Positions 1 through 12,600 of a stretch of 64,000 nucleotides of DNA are shown piece by piece. A model generated the notes under the pieces. It saw only the letters and a list, made by a program, of their open reading frames with translations. It did not search any database and was not told the DNA's origin. How positions within the stretch are numbered: position 1 is the first letter of the stretch; the number at the start of each line of letters is the position of its first letter. The stretch is taken from NCBI GenBank assembly GCA_036172245.1, contig JAYWIR010000058.1, positions 124,001 to 188,000 on the forward strand, read 5' to 3'. Both the position numbers and the translations under genes were made by a program. Source of the DNA: Raillietiella orientalis. Lineage: Eukaryota.

Positions 1-3000
1 TGAGACACCGACTGCCGGATGACCGCGTCTCCAATCTGCCTCCATTGTCCTGGAGCTGCGAGATCGAAGGCGACGGGACGAGCTTTTTCGCGCGCTCTCC
101 ATCCATCTGGCAGGAGGCAGCGGTAGTCCGCCACGAGATCTCCACGGAGGCTTTTCGTTCCCTTGCCAAAGGGCCGGCGACCCTCCTCCGAGAGTCGATG
201 GCAGGGAGACGGGTGTGCGCTCAGTGGGAATCGCTCGCTGCCCCGAGATGCGTCCGGTTGAGGATGCGGATGCGTGCTCACGTGGTCGCACCTCGTGCTC
301 TTCTGCCTGGAGAGACTTTGGTTTCCACCGAGGCGCCCCCTTTCGAAGTGCTTTCCATGGGACCCGTGGAAGAGGGCGAAAGAGGAAAATCTCTTTGCAC
401 GCTGGGCGATCCCGGAGAGCGTTCCGAAGTTTGTCAAGATCCCACTCGCGTTCAGTCTTTCTGCCGGTGAGGGAGGGCGTCAAGGGCGTCTCGTTGCCCG
501 GAGCAAGAAGGTGCTGGTCGGCTGCGACCAGAGCTGCCACCGATGCCTTCCTGTAGGCAGCTGCTGGTGACTTCTTGCTGCTTAAGAGAGGGAAGCTGTC
601 ACTGCAGCCTGCTTCCTAGACGATCCTCGGGCAGATGGGAGATGAGGACCTCTGGTACAAGGTGTAAAAGACTTCCATTCACTCAGAACTCTGGGAGTAA
701 TTCACTGCATCCTGTTGCGCGAGAGGCCGCTGATCTCTTTCCTTTCCCAAATCTTTGCCATCATCGCCACTGCTACCCTGATCCTCCTCCTCATTATTCC
801 AAGGAAGCTGGAGTCTTAAGATCGCAAGGGGGCACTCGCGGTGAAATGGACATCAGACAGGAGCCTGCAGGAGATACGGAATTTCAGCACTTCGATGTGC
901 GCCGTTGCTCAGTTCCCGAATCCCCGAATCGGTACTGGCTATTCCCGAAGAAGCTTTCAGAACCAAACCGTGGGATTCCTTCGTCGGCCTTGCACCAATG
1001 AGTACCTCATAGATTTCAGAGCCCTGAACTCCAGGATCCCAGATGCTACCCGAATCGATTCGGGAGGCAGGTAGTCGCCTCAAGGCAATTTCTCGCTTCG
1101 TCTTGGATAGGTGTCGGCTCTCAGAAAGAGGTGACCTTCATCGTGGGGTGCTCCCGATCCCACGATGGAGATCCGACTCCGAATCCTAAATGTCACGGAA
1201 CAGAAGGATGGCTGTCTTTCCGCATCCTTGCGGCCCGAGAAGCTTCTGTAGGGTCTTCTTCGGCGGATTTGGCTCCGCGCTTTGGCTGCAGCATCAACAA
1301 ACGAGCGGCGGTGGAAGCAGCGGACTCGCTCCATCAAGGATCTCTCCCGGGTCCGCTCCAATCATCTCTCCCGCTCGGTTATCAAACGAAGGCTGCAAAC
1401 CAACTGCCGACTGCCTCCTTCTGGAGAGGGATTTCTGAAGTGGGCAATCAAACGCGATTGGCGAAACCGGAGGACAGAGAGGAGTGCCCCCCCCCCTTTC
1501 CCCTGTTCCCTCTCTTCGACGAAGAAGCGGAGAGGAGGTGGAAAAGGAAGATCATTCATTCTTTTCCCATGAAGCAGACCAGTGGACCGAAGTGAAACTC
1601 CTTTCCGAGATGGTGAATTTTTTTTCTTCCCCGCCTTTCTCCAGAGTGGACCGGTTGCGACGGATGCCGGAGATGCGGGGAAGCTGGAGTATCCCTAAGA
1701 AGGCGGCTCCATTCCCCTGCTTCGTCGAAGTATAGCGATGGTCAGACCAGAACTCTTCTACACGGCAGGGTGATCTCGGGCACCGCAGTAGATGTCAGAA
1801 TGTGTGGTTTTCAGGGTCTCCATACCTCCTCCTCTGATCCGCCACCATGGAGCACTTTCAGCTGCCATGATCCGAACTTACTTCCGGAATTCCGCTTGAT
1901 CTCGGGGCCTCTAATTCCCGTCTGGCGTCCCAGAGTCGACCTCGCCCAGCGATCACTCAGAGTGAGCGCCCCATCAACTCCTTTCCTTCCGGTTCCAGCA
2001 CGAGAGCGGTGCGGAGCGAGCTGCGTGCACCCGAGACGCGACCCGTTTCCAGGAGCACCGAGCTAACAAGGAGCGCGTGCTTTCCGGGGAGAAGGCACTT
2101 AGCAGACCACCGGGGACGTTTCTGGACTCTTGCCGTTTGCCCCTTCGGGAGCATAATCCGCTGCGGATGCGCAGGAGACTTGCAGTGGCTGTGCAATGGA
2201 GCGCGGCGCACGAAGCACTTTCGAGGACTCCGTGCACGCAGTCCGAAGCCCTTTCGCTTGGAATGCTCCCGCATCGCTCCTCGATGCTTGATGGCAGGCG
2301 CAGCTCCTCTCCGTGTCTGGGTCCGTCCCCCAAATCCACCTCTGGATGAATTTCTCATCCCCCCCTCCCCCCCACTCCTTTCCCCTCACCGTGTGAAGAA
2401 GCAAAAAGGACAAAGCGCTGTGACATTGCCTGAATTTCGGTGTTTGTGAGTGAAAAGAGCATCCGCGTTTCCTCGAGATCTCCCGCTACAGACGGCTTCC
2501 TCGCTCGCCAAGCGAGAAGCTGGAAATCGTTGCTACCTTGCCCGGACATTTAGCGTGCAGTGCAGCCGCGCTACTTCCAGTGCCCATAGTGCGGCGATTC
2601 CACTTGGCGCGCGTCCTTGCCGACTCCAGTCGTAGGAAGGATTGCCGCCGTTTCTTTCCGAGAAAGAAGGAAAGAAAAAAAAAAACGCCCTTTCCTCCCG
2701 GACTGCACTCCCATGATCCGATGATAATCGGGGAAGACGAAGATCCTTCGAAAGTAAACTTTTTTTTCGAGCCTCAAATGATTCCTGCGTTCCAGAATTC
2801 TTTCTCAGATATTACTGCCTGTGCCTTCCATGCGCCATGGTTGCATTCATGCGCTTCCGTTTCGTATGCCGCGCATGTTTGTTTTTAGAAGACGCGATGC
2901 AGCCGCCATGTGTAAGATCACGCTTGCATTAAAGGCAGTGCATAATTAACATGAGCATTAAACACTTTGCGAGCACTCTTTTTTAGTGAACAGAGAATAC

Positions 3001-3148
3001 TCATGTGCATTCTGTGGAACGAGGTTCCTTGCAAACTCTCCGATCCGTTTTCCCTCGTATTATTTCCAACATCAAAAGCAACCTTGGGACCCTCCCTGTT
3101 TTTACTGATTCACGGCCACTTTCCCATATGTCGGGATCAAACTCCGTA

Positions 3149-3255
3149 GACGGAATCAGAGGAAACTGGTGGAGGTCCGCAGCGATCCTAACGTGCAAAT
3201 TGGTCGTAAAAGCTGGGTATAGGGGTGAAAGACTAATCGGACCATCGAGTAGCTG
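3149..3255 (+). pseudogene. 28S (LSU) rRNA gene fragment, conserved core just 3' of the D3 expansion segment
   Basis: ctggtggaggtccgcagcgatcctaacgtgcaaattggtcgtaaaagctgggtataggggtgaaagactaatcggaccatcgagtagctg aligns by eye with few mismatches to the eukaryotic LSU core CTGGTGGAGGTCCGTAGCGATTCTGACGTGCAAATCGATCGT...CTGGGTATAGGGGCGAAAGACTAATCGAACCATCTAGTAGCTG. It carries substitutions at normally invariant positions and has non-rDNA flanks. Confidence 0.9.
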
Positions 3256-6200
3256 CGATGCCTACTTTGTACAGGGATTCCTTAAATAGCAACACTTGCG
3301 CGCACCTCCGAGATTTGGATTCTGTTAAGAAAAACTTTTCGCATCACCAGAAATCTGCGAGTCCACGGTCGCACCGAAGAATGCGGTCCTAGGTAAAGCA
3401 ATTTCTTTGGCGCTCAGACAATCAGCAGCAACAACAAAAGTGCAGAAAATACAGGAGCGTATCCCACCTGAATACAAACATGTGCAAAGGGGTGGACACA
3501 TATACTTTTTCAAGGAGTGCACGTACACCGTTGCTGTCCTTGTCCTACACTAACAGGATACCAGTTGATGGACATCAGTGGTTGATGAATTTTTTACATC
3601 GGATGCAGAACTCATAAACCACAGAAAGCGTCTTTTATGACGCAATGAAAAACTCAATGAAATGAAATGAAAGATACGATTCTGATCTCAAGAGTTCTAG
3701 GAGCTTGCGGAAAAAAAACATCGAACAACAGCAGCAGGGTGGATTCTGCAGGAATTTCAGTTTCTGAAAAATCGCAAGCCCGAAAGGCCATAGACGATGA
3801 TGGACGAAACCTCAAAGAGCGGATCCGGAGCACGCTAACAAAAGTCCTTCGTCTCCTCCGCATGCTTCTCATGCAGCGCCGATGCCAAAATTAAGCAAAA
3901 ATCAATATGCGGGAGCGACGCGCGCAAACTCAATCGCCTTCGCCACGAAGACGAGGAGCGTGGGGTCGCAAGCTTCGAGGCATCTTCGCCCGGTAATCAG
4001 GCTGTACTTCTCCTCTGGAAGGATCGACTTCCCGGCGAGCGAGGACCAGGAATCCTAACCGAGTGATCTCAAAGGATGCAGATGTGCTCCTGGAAACGTT
4101 GCTGACCATCCAACAGCACTTTGTTCCTGCTACCTCTACACCGGCGACGGCAAACAAATGGCAGAGAGAGCAGTGCAACTTCCGACAGGAGCATCAGTGC
4201 ATGAACCAGTTCTCACGGCTGGCGCTTCTGTCTGGAACCTTTTCTCAGCGGTTCTACATTTACCATCTGTGTGTTGTGTACGTAAGAGGCACCTCTCTGC
4301 TAAGGTTTCTCTGGAAGAGAGCGTGAAGACCAGAATCGGCACCATGGGGAAACCTGGGTGCGTTTTCGTCTGCTTCATGGGATTCCCCATGTCCTTTCTC
4401 CATACGTCACAAGCGAATCGGGCATCCTTCCTTGCTTGGCGAGGAGAAAGATGCCTTCACCGTCATTCACCGGAAAGCAGCTGCGATGCAGCCGAACAGA
4501 CCTCGTTCCAATGTTTTTTTCTAATAAGCGAGCGCTTGAAAACACGAAAGAAATTTCCGTAAAAGCGCGATCAGCTGTGCTCATCCCGTCAAAGAGCACA
4601 ATGAGCAAAGGGCCATAGGATAGCTCTCTTGTGCAGGAAATTAGCAAGGAAGTGCATCAAAGCAAAGCGCTCCCAATCCAAGGACTGCAATTGCGTTCCC
4701 ATGCAAATCGCAGCCCTCATTCACGTAACCTCACACATTATTAGTCATCTGCGTTCCAATCATCATCGGGTTCTGATTCGGTTCTAAAAATGCTATCTCC
4801 TTGCTTTTATCAACAGGGGAAAAGAACGACCGCAGAGATCCCAAACACCACTCTTTTGTATAAGTTGCAAGGATCTCTTCGTTTAATCTCCGAGGGGATG
4901 AGGACGGGATCAGAAATGCTACACCCTAATCAAGAAGAGAGACGAGTTGCGGCTATCGAAAGGACGTAAGGAACTTTTTTTTTGTATCAAAAGGAGTCTG
5001 GAAAAACCAACAACGGGGAATCCGGGATTGGATTCCTCGGAGGCATCTCCCTACCCAAACACAAAGGCAACGCAGGAAAACTGACCTGAGACCGACGAAA
5101 AAGGACGTGCTCGGAGCCCTCAACTTTCTGCCTAGGAAATGCACTGACCACTGGTATCACATCTTGTTTAAAATAAAAACAAAATACTGGCGATAAGCAC
5201 AGCCTGGAACCGACCATTTCTTACGCTTGTGGTGTTAAGACTTCATTGAATGCCATTCGTTTGAGAAATTTCATGAAAAGTGACCGGTTAGGGAAACAAA
5301 AGAAATTAAGAGTTAATAAAAGAACAGCTACGTTAACAAAAGAAAACAAGGTCGAAGGATGGTAAATGAAGATAAAATAGTGAACTTCCGAGCTCTGTAT
5401 AACAGTGACCATTGGCCGTGATTTTTGAGGACTGTTCCCACAAGACCTTGGAAAAAGAAAGCAACGAACGAATAGGATGTAAGTTGTCGCCGCTCCTTCC
5501 TTGCTTAATTGGCGACAGAACACACCGATGGACAAGTGTAAATGCTGGGAAAGAAATAGAAAGTACCTATTCTTACGGACGGCTATCTTCAAGTTGATTG
5601 AATAATCAAATCGTTGGAAAAAGGAACGGAAGCAGGCACGTCTTCTTTGTAAGCGGACTCAGCAACGCAAATGGAGAAAATATTCACAAAACTTTTAAAA
5701 GTCATTTTCCAATTTTTGCTTACTGATCCATCATAGCAACATTGCTAATCCACTTAAACACCAAGTTACAAATTGATGCAGACATATTTTTTTTTTTTAG
5801 CTACCATTCAGTAATTTTTGGCCATCATTATATAACGGTGAATCCAGCATCCTTTGAGCTGCTCTACTTCCATCTTCGACAACTTGTGCTCGAAAACGGC
5901 TAACCCAGGTTAACGTTGGTGTTGAACTCTTTTAAAGTTTGCGAGCACCTCGTGTGATCTGCAAGCTCGCACATCATAAGACCTGAATATCCAATCAGAT
6001 CCGCTCTTTCGGCTGAGGAAGTGTCACTCGAATTCAGTTTCGCGGAACTGTTCTCGCAGAATTCAAGAAAAGCGCCGACATTGAACACCGACCAGTCAAC
6101 CATCACTCTCTGCTTCCACAAGGAACGAATTGACGCACAAGAGGTAAGCGAAAGCTTACGGTAATTCATAATCGCCTCAGCCCCTCTTGAACCTAAATTT

Positions 6201-6468
6201 TGAATTGCAAGTGCATCAGGAGACGCAGCAATCGACATCGCGGGTAGCCTCATCGGTAGTAAACTCAAATAAACTTGAACAACGGGAATCTTGTGAAGTA
6301 CTGTTAATGAGTCCAAATACTACAAAGGGTGCAGATGAGAAAGCTGAATGACTGTGACACAAAAAAAGTCACAAATGAGATCTTCGGGAGAGGAAAAACC
6401 GTTGATGGAGGTCTCAATGGTTCGTAGGGTAACCATGGAAAGTGTTCCGTCAGTAAACAAATTCTTAC

Positions 6469-6692
6469 CGCGGGTCTCTGAACATCCCAAAAGGCTCTCT
6501 CTTGGCTATCCAGAACTTTCCTTTCCAATTTGTCTCTTTTCTTATCTACTTTTGCTTGAGCCTCTGCTTGCATGAAGATGAATTCCCATTTTCTCGAAAA
6601 CATCTTCTGCAACCTGGCTAAGTTCTCAGCTTCATAATCCGTCAGTTCGAGTCGAGTTTTGTTCTGCATGGTCCTCTTGCACAAGTAAACCG
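6469..6692 (-). CDS. RGS7: RGS7-like exon (224 nt), DHEX domain
   Basis: Acceptor ctgttttag|CG GTT TAC; encodes (A)[11 protein letters not shown]...[13 protein letters not shown]; donor GCG|gtaaga, phase 0. Embedded in ORF 6304..6894. Confidence 0.97.
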
Positions 6693-9600
6693 CTAAAACA
6701 GAAAATTTTAAAGCTGATTCGCGTTTACGAAGCAGCAGCGACGCGTATTCAAATAGGTACTCCATTTCCGGAGAACTGAAATGACACACCGGAAATCGCA
6801 TTTCCATTGCTTTTGGTTCGGCACAACCTTTCTTTTGTCTGCTTAAACGTAAGCTTGTGATCATCACTTTAATGTCGTTCGTACATGGAAACACTAACTC
6901 GCACTGGTGTACCCATGTCGCATGCGAATGAGATTGTTGCTAGATTATGACATTTTTCCTGAAATGAAAAATCGATCGAGAGGCAGATCCTATAGTCAAT
7001 ATGCTATCAATGAGACCGTCATCGTTTGTAACAAAGTTTCCAGACTGTTGAAAGAATAATCGCTGATGGAAAGCAAGTGGGCGAGATTTCCAAATGATGA
7101 GTGTTTCACATGTGCAGAAAAGCTTTCAAAACGAAAATTTTGTACTCTGAGCTTCGGAAGACACAGATGACATTCAAAGGAAGAACATTCACAGGTAAAC
7201 GGTGACTAGGAAGTGTAAGTGAATGAAACACAAGATTTTTCAAGACTTGGATTTCGGAGACGATACCTTTCGGAAAAGAGAACATGATACAGATGCGAGA
7301 CATGAGTAACCCCTAGATGATTTACCATAAAGGATAAACTACGCGAAGTGAAACTATCACGCTTCAAGGAAGGAAATGAACAGACTCTATGGGAAGTAAA
7401 TTGAAAGGGGGAAACCGAGAAAAAGAAATCGGATGGAGTCCTCTTGGACGTGACAACATCACTAAATATGGCGACGATGTCTTAATCAACAAATCAGCAA
7501 CAGCAGATTGAAGTGAATGCATGTAATGAAGCTGTTTAATAGAAAATCAGTTTAATAGAAATCCTTCTGCTAAATTATGAGAAATCAAAATTCCTTCTGC
7601 TAAATCATGAGAAATCAAGCCGCTAGCCATTTTGCTGCCGACGGAATGCTGCTCCGAGTTTTTCCTACTCTCGTAATAAACCACACTTTGACGATTTGCT
7701 GGTTTTCTGTACTTCCCTTGAACACTAGCTCAGAGCGAAATCGTGCAAAATCCAGCCTGATTTTTTTGCGTCTTCGTGTTATTTATTTTCCTTTGTATTT
7801 ATGAAGGCCTTTACATGATGATAGATGCATCATCATTTTGTTTTCATCTACTGGTTTGATACTGAACACGAATGAGGTCATCGAACTATGAGGCCAATCA
7901 ATTAGAGAATTGCTTCGTAATCTTGAATTAGAATTTCAAGCTTGAAATACCAGTGTGATATTTCTCTTTTCTCCATGTTGATACCTGGAGTAAGAAGAAG
8001 AGGGAATGGAAGGAATGACCAAAAAAAGAAAGAGAGAGAGAAGAGATTTATCAGAAACTGAGACCGTCAGCTGATAGCGATGGTAGAGGATCCTCATCTG
8101 AGCCGAGATGGAAGTAATGGTGGTTCGATGAACTCATCTGTGGACTAAAGAACTGAATGAAAAATAAAGTAAGGGGTTCATCTACAGACAAATACAAGTT
8201 CCTCGAGAAGGCGCAGCAATGTAGGCACATCCGCACTCTAAATGCGAATTTTCATGCAAACACATTGGTCCTTGAAAAGACAACATCTATGAAATTGAGA
8301 GTGCTGCAGACCTTAAACAAGCAAGATCCCAGTAAGGAAACTCCAGTGAACAACCTTCATCAATGGTTACATCCCTTTTGCATAGGATAAAGAGGCAGTG
8401 GCCGGAAATAAACATGTTATGACTGGCAGTTTCATCTTTGAGTAGACAGCCGACATGCATCTCCATGCACTATGCTACGAATGATACCACATGGTATCAC
8501 TCAGCTATTCGTGTCTGCCTGAGTGTCTTTCACTTGAAAGAAGAAGGCCTTTTTAGCTGTTGATTCAAACAGTGAACGAAAGTGTGTACGTGTTCGAAGC
8601 ATCATTTCCAACTGCAAATCGAAGCTTCCGGAGAATGACAAAAAGAAAGAGGAACAAATAGGAGGCACATTTGACAACGGATGCAACCGCTTTATCGATG
8701 TACCAATACATGAATGACCGCTCATAAATAGATCGAAATTTTTATGAGTTTTGCTTCAGATCACTTGCAAAAGAGAGCTGCACATCGAAAACCACAAATT
8801 TTGACGTTCTGGACCTCTTCAGAGAATCTCAACAATCTTGCATCTCGTTTATTCACTCAATCCGCTTCCATCAGCAGTTTGTCGTGCGATTCTGAAGCAT
8901 TTCATGGAAGGCGCTTCCATTCTTGATCTAACTTCAACGTGCTAGAGATTCCAGAAACTTAGCGACAGAGACGCAGCAATGATTTCTCTCTGTTTCTCTC
9001 GTATAAGGACATCAGTGCAGACGAAAACGAATTTTCCCCTTCCAGTGTTTTTGTAGTACCAGAATGCACCTCTTGAATGTTCGGTCAGAATCATCTGAAA
9101 AATTCTCCATTCGCTTGCAAATGATGCTGTGATCTCCTGCATTTACTTTCGGATTGAAAATCTGAAAGGAACTTGTAGCTCCTGATAAGTCGAGATGTCA
9201 TGGAAACCTCAGTCTTATCAGCAAAGAAACCATAGCAATGTACCAACTTCTCAGAAACCAATGGAGATCAAAGGAGAGGTAATGGTGAAAACTGTGTTTC
9301 ACCATTACCTCTCCTTGTTTATTCATCTTTTTCAGCAAACAAGAAAACAAGCAAGCATGTGGAAAATCAACTGCGAGAAAAGGCCATGTGTGAAGCAAAT
9401 TGTAGGCAGATCTCATCCTTTAAATCGACTTTGTCATTAGTATCATAAGAGATATGCAGTTCAGTTTCCTTAAGGAAACCAAAGAGTTGCATATGAAAAC
9501 CACAAAAAGACATCGCTCTCAACCATTTCTTCCAGTAGGTGATGAAAACTTCTTTCTAAGAAGTGGTTCGAAAGAGAACGAAATCAATTCTTTAGAAATT

Positions 9601-12600
9601 CCTGCGAGCTTGGAATCAGCTCTATCAGTTGACCTATCGTGTATCATTTGCCAGCCCTTGAAATTTTATTGACGAGTTCACGGGATCCCCAGTCATCATG
9701 AATGCCTGACTGAAATATGGAATAGCCAGCAGTGTTTTGCCAGATACGCAAGAAGTAAAATCTCGAGAAGAAAGCAAGCGATTGCTATCGGAAAAGCCCT
9801 CCGAGTCGACCCAACATTTCCAAAGTCCTGAACTTCAAAGTATTCTCTGCGAATAAGCTTGACAAATATGGAATCGTCGCCAAGGCATTTTGAAGGGAAT
9901 CGAAAAGAAAATAAATAAGCAGATGCAGAACGTCCGAGTACTCAGGAATCTGGAAGTATGCCAACTTGCAATCTTCGCGTCTTGTGTCTTTCAAGAGCCG
10001 CTGAAGAACGAACGAATGAACGGGACGCAGCAGCAGTTTTAGAAAATCATTCTCAACGAGCTAATCAAGAAGAACCTCGGTGAAGCTAAAATTATGGTTA
10101 CATCGATGGTATTAACTACAAAAACGAAAAAAAGATGGTCAGGAAAAAAATTTCCCATTTAACCATGATTACAGCGTCCCAGATGTTGCTTAGAGCTTAC
10201 CGTAATCTGTATGCTCAGGTTCCAAGCTGTAGGACGGCCAAAAATAGGGAGTCTGAAAATACAATAATTTATGGTCAGATCAATTCCAAGGAATCTTAAC
10301 GTGAAATTGAAGCGCTTCAGCTCATTTATAATCGAACTGCTGTTATTACTCTTCGACAATGCAGACATTAGGCATTTGGACGCTGGGCCCTTCCTCTGCG
10401 TCCGGAGAAAGTGAGAGCAAACTTCATATGCAGTTTTCTCTTGCACTGAGAGAGATGCGCGCGGGACTTCGGGGGGACTGGCAACCGCAGGAAGATCGAA
10501 TCGCTTTCGTGGTGCGACCGCCTCAGAACACGTGGAAGAAAACGGAAGATATGGACGGGTATGTGCATGAAGGTAAGGGTGGATGTGCGAGACTTCAACT
10601 CCGGAAGGCCTCACTTTTCCCCTTGAAAGAGGAAGGCACACTGCAAGGGGGGTCTCGGAGGGAGGAAATTCCATCTTTCGGTCGGGGTGCTTATCGAACA
10701 CAAGTTCTGAAGTGTTGAACCCGATAACAACGAACAGGTTCTCAAGGATTCGTGGTAGGCGATTCGGGAATAGCAAGAGGATGCAAAACTCGCGGATTCA
10801 GGTGAAGGCGCGCATCTCTGAAAGGTACTAGCAACCGAGCAGACAGCTGGTTCCCCTCCACGCGTACCCTAAGCTGAGACCGGGAGGAAAAAAAAGGCGA
10901 GAACTTTGGTTGTGCGACCTCGGAAAGACTCCCATCCGCTTATCAGTAGGCAAGGAAACCCAGTCTGCAACGAAGGCATTTTTCGAACCGTGTAAATCAT
11001 CGGGACAGGCGTATGCCTGGAGGTTCGAAATGGAGGAAGATTCGCGGATGGCTTCCGCGATCAAGGACCAAGTTGCCGAAGGGCGACCCAGCTCCATGCA
11101 CGTAACAAAAACAGCGACTTTCCCCTATTCTGACCGGAAATCCGCCCAGCTCTTAGAGAAGAGGAACTGGGAGCGAAACACGCACCTGGCACGCGCATGC
11201 GCGGTCACCAAGGGCAGCGAATGTCATTAAGAATATGAAGCAAAAGGGGAGGAGAGCCGAGGGCAGAGACCCGCCGTTATACAACTGGATCATCAATAAC
11301 TGGAGAGGGGAGGTGCACAGAGGTGAAACTGGAACCAACTTGCGAGGTGCTGCAGCGGCCTCAGGAGAAGTCCCAGCAATCCAGGAAAGTCTCACTAATT
11401 TGGACAGCTGAACAGGAGAGGAGGACATCGCAACGGAAAGAGGGCCTAGAGAAGCAAAGAGAAGTGCATCTTTTTTCAATGTCATTACGTGAAGGTGGCT
11501 GCTGGCTTTTTCCAAACCGAAGGAGGCATGCACAGATGGCGGAAGCTGTCGACGGGAAGCGGAACTCACGCGTCCGCAGCAAGGAACAAGGCAAGGAGGA
11601 ATAGAGGTACGAGCTCGTGATCATGCTGCGTTGTCGGAGGACCGCATTGCCCTCGGGTGGTGAAGTTTCCGTTGGTGTGCCCAAGAAATCGAAAAATGGC
11701 TAGATCGGCCCTTGGCAGGGAGAACCAGCCGGAGGATTTGGAGACCTCTTTCAGCTCTTCTCCCTCGTCCGCGAGCTGCTGGCGTCGGGGAGAGAAGTGG
11801 AGCACGCGGTAACACTCCAAGGCGAGGCGCGGATTCGAAAGAACTGAGGAAGGAGTGGAGATGTGACTCCGAGAGACGGGAAGAGCCAGACGCTGGCTGG
11901 GAGGAACTTCGGTTACCTCTCGATCACCCGTCCAAAGGAACGGGTCTAAAGGAGCAACGATGTGGGCCAATTATTCTCCGGGATTTGCCCCCAGCTATGG
12001 TCGATCGAGGAACGCGAATGTGCGGCGCGAGCCCACGGTGTTCAGGTCATACAGTCTTCGGAAGCACGTTCACGGCCGTGGCCTCTCTCTGCCGAAGACT
12101 CGCTGCCGGTTCGAGAAATTTCGACTCACAAAGTTTCGCTCCCCAAAACACTGAGGTCCAGAACATGTCTCGCCCGATCCCATGCAAATCTCCTTTATCT
12201 TGTGGACTCCAGGCGAGACCTCCATTAAGTCTGCTTAATTTTTGAATTTTTCCTCAGCTGGCAAAGCAAAAGGGCAGTAACTGATGATAGGGCAGCAACC
12301 CACATTATCTCCGTCCCGGGATCCTTGCTAAGGATTTTCGGAGAGATAATAAATTTGTCTGTCGCACGAAATTCTACTGATGATCTCGGAGATCGATCCC
12401 GGAAACTTGGACTGCGTTGGGACTGGAATGCACTCCTGGGGAGTTTCTGCCGAACTGCTCTGTTCCAGAGGGAAGCATCGAGCCTCGCCGACTCCTATCA
12501 GGTGCAGCAGGATGGGGGTCCGCGGTCTTTCGATGGATGTCACCACCTTAGCAACAGCAGCAGCAACAACAACAAACGATGCAATAAAGGAAACCTTGGA

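Noticed and set aside
3149..3255. A functional rRNA gene or rDNA array
   Set aside because: It is a fragment with substitutions and a small deletion in the conserved core, and no intact 18S, 5.8S or ITS context is present.
5900..6316. 138-aa minus ORF, or a plus-strand RT relic
   Set aside because: There is only a vague resemblance to RT motifs, with no ordered set of them, so it is not supportable.
1..6468. The next RGS exon (expected to begin PG.VN...)
   Set aside because: I found no acceptor followed by a matching peptide; the remaining exons are presumably left of the window or were missed.
6304..6894. The whole 196-aa ORF as a CDS
   Set aside because: Only 6469-6692 is RGS-like and it is bounded by canonical splice sites; the flanks are intronic read-through.
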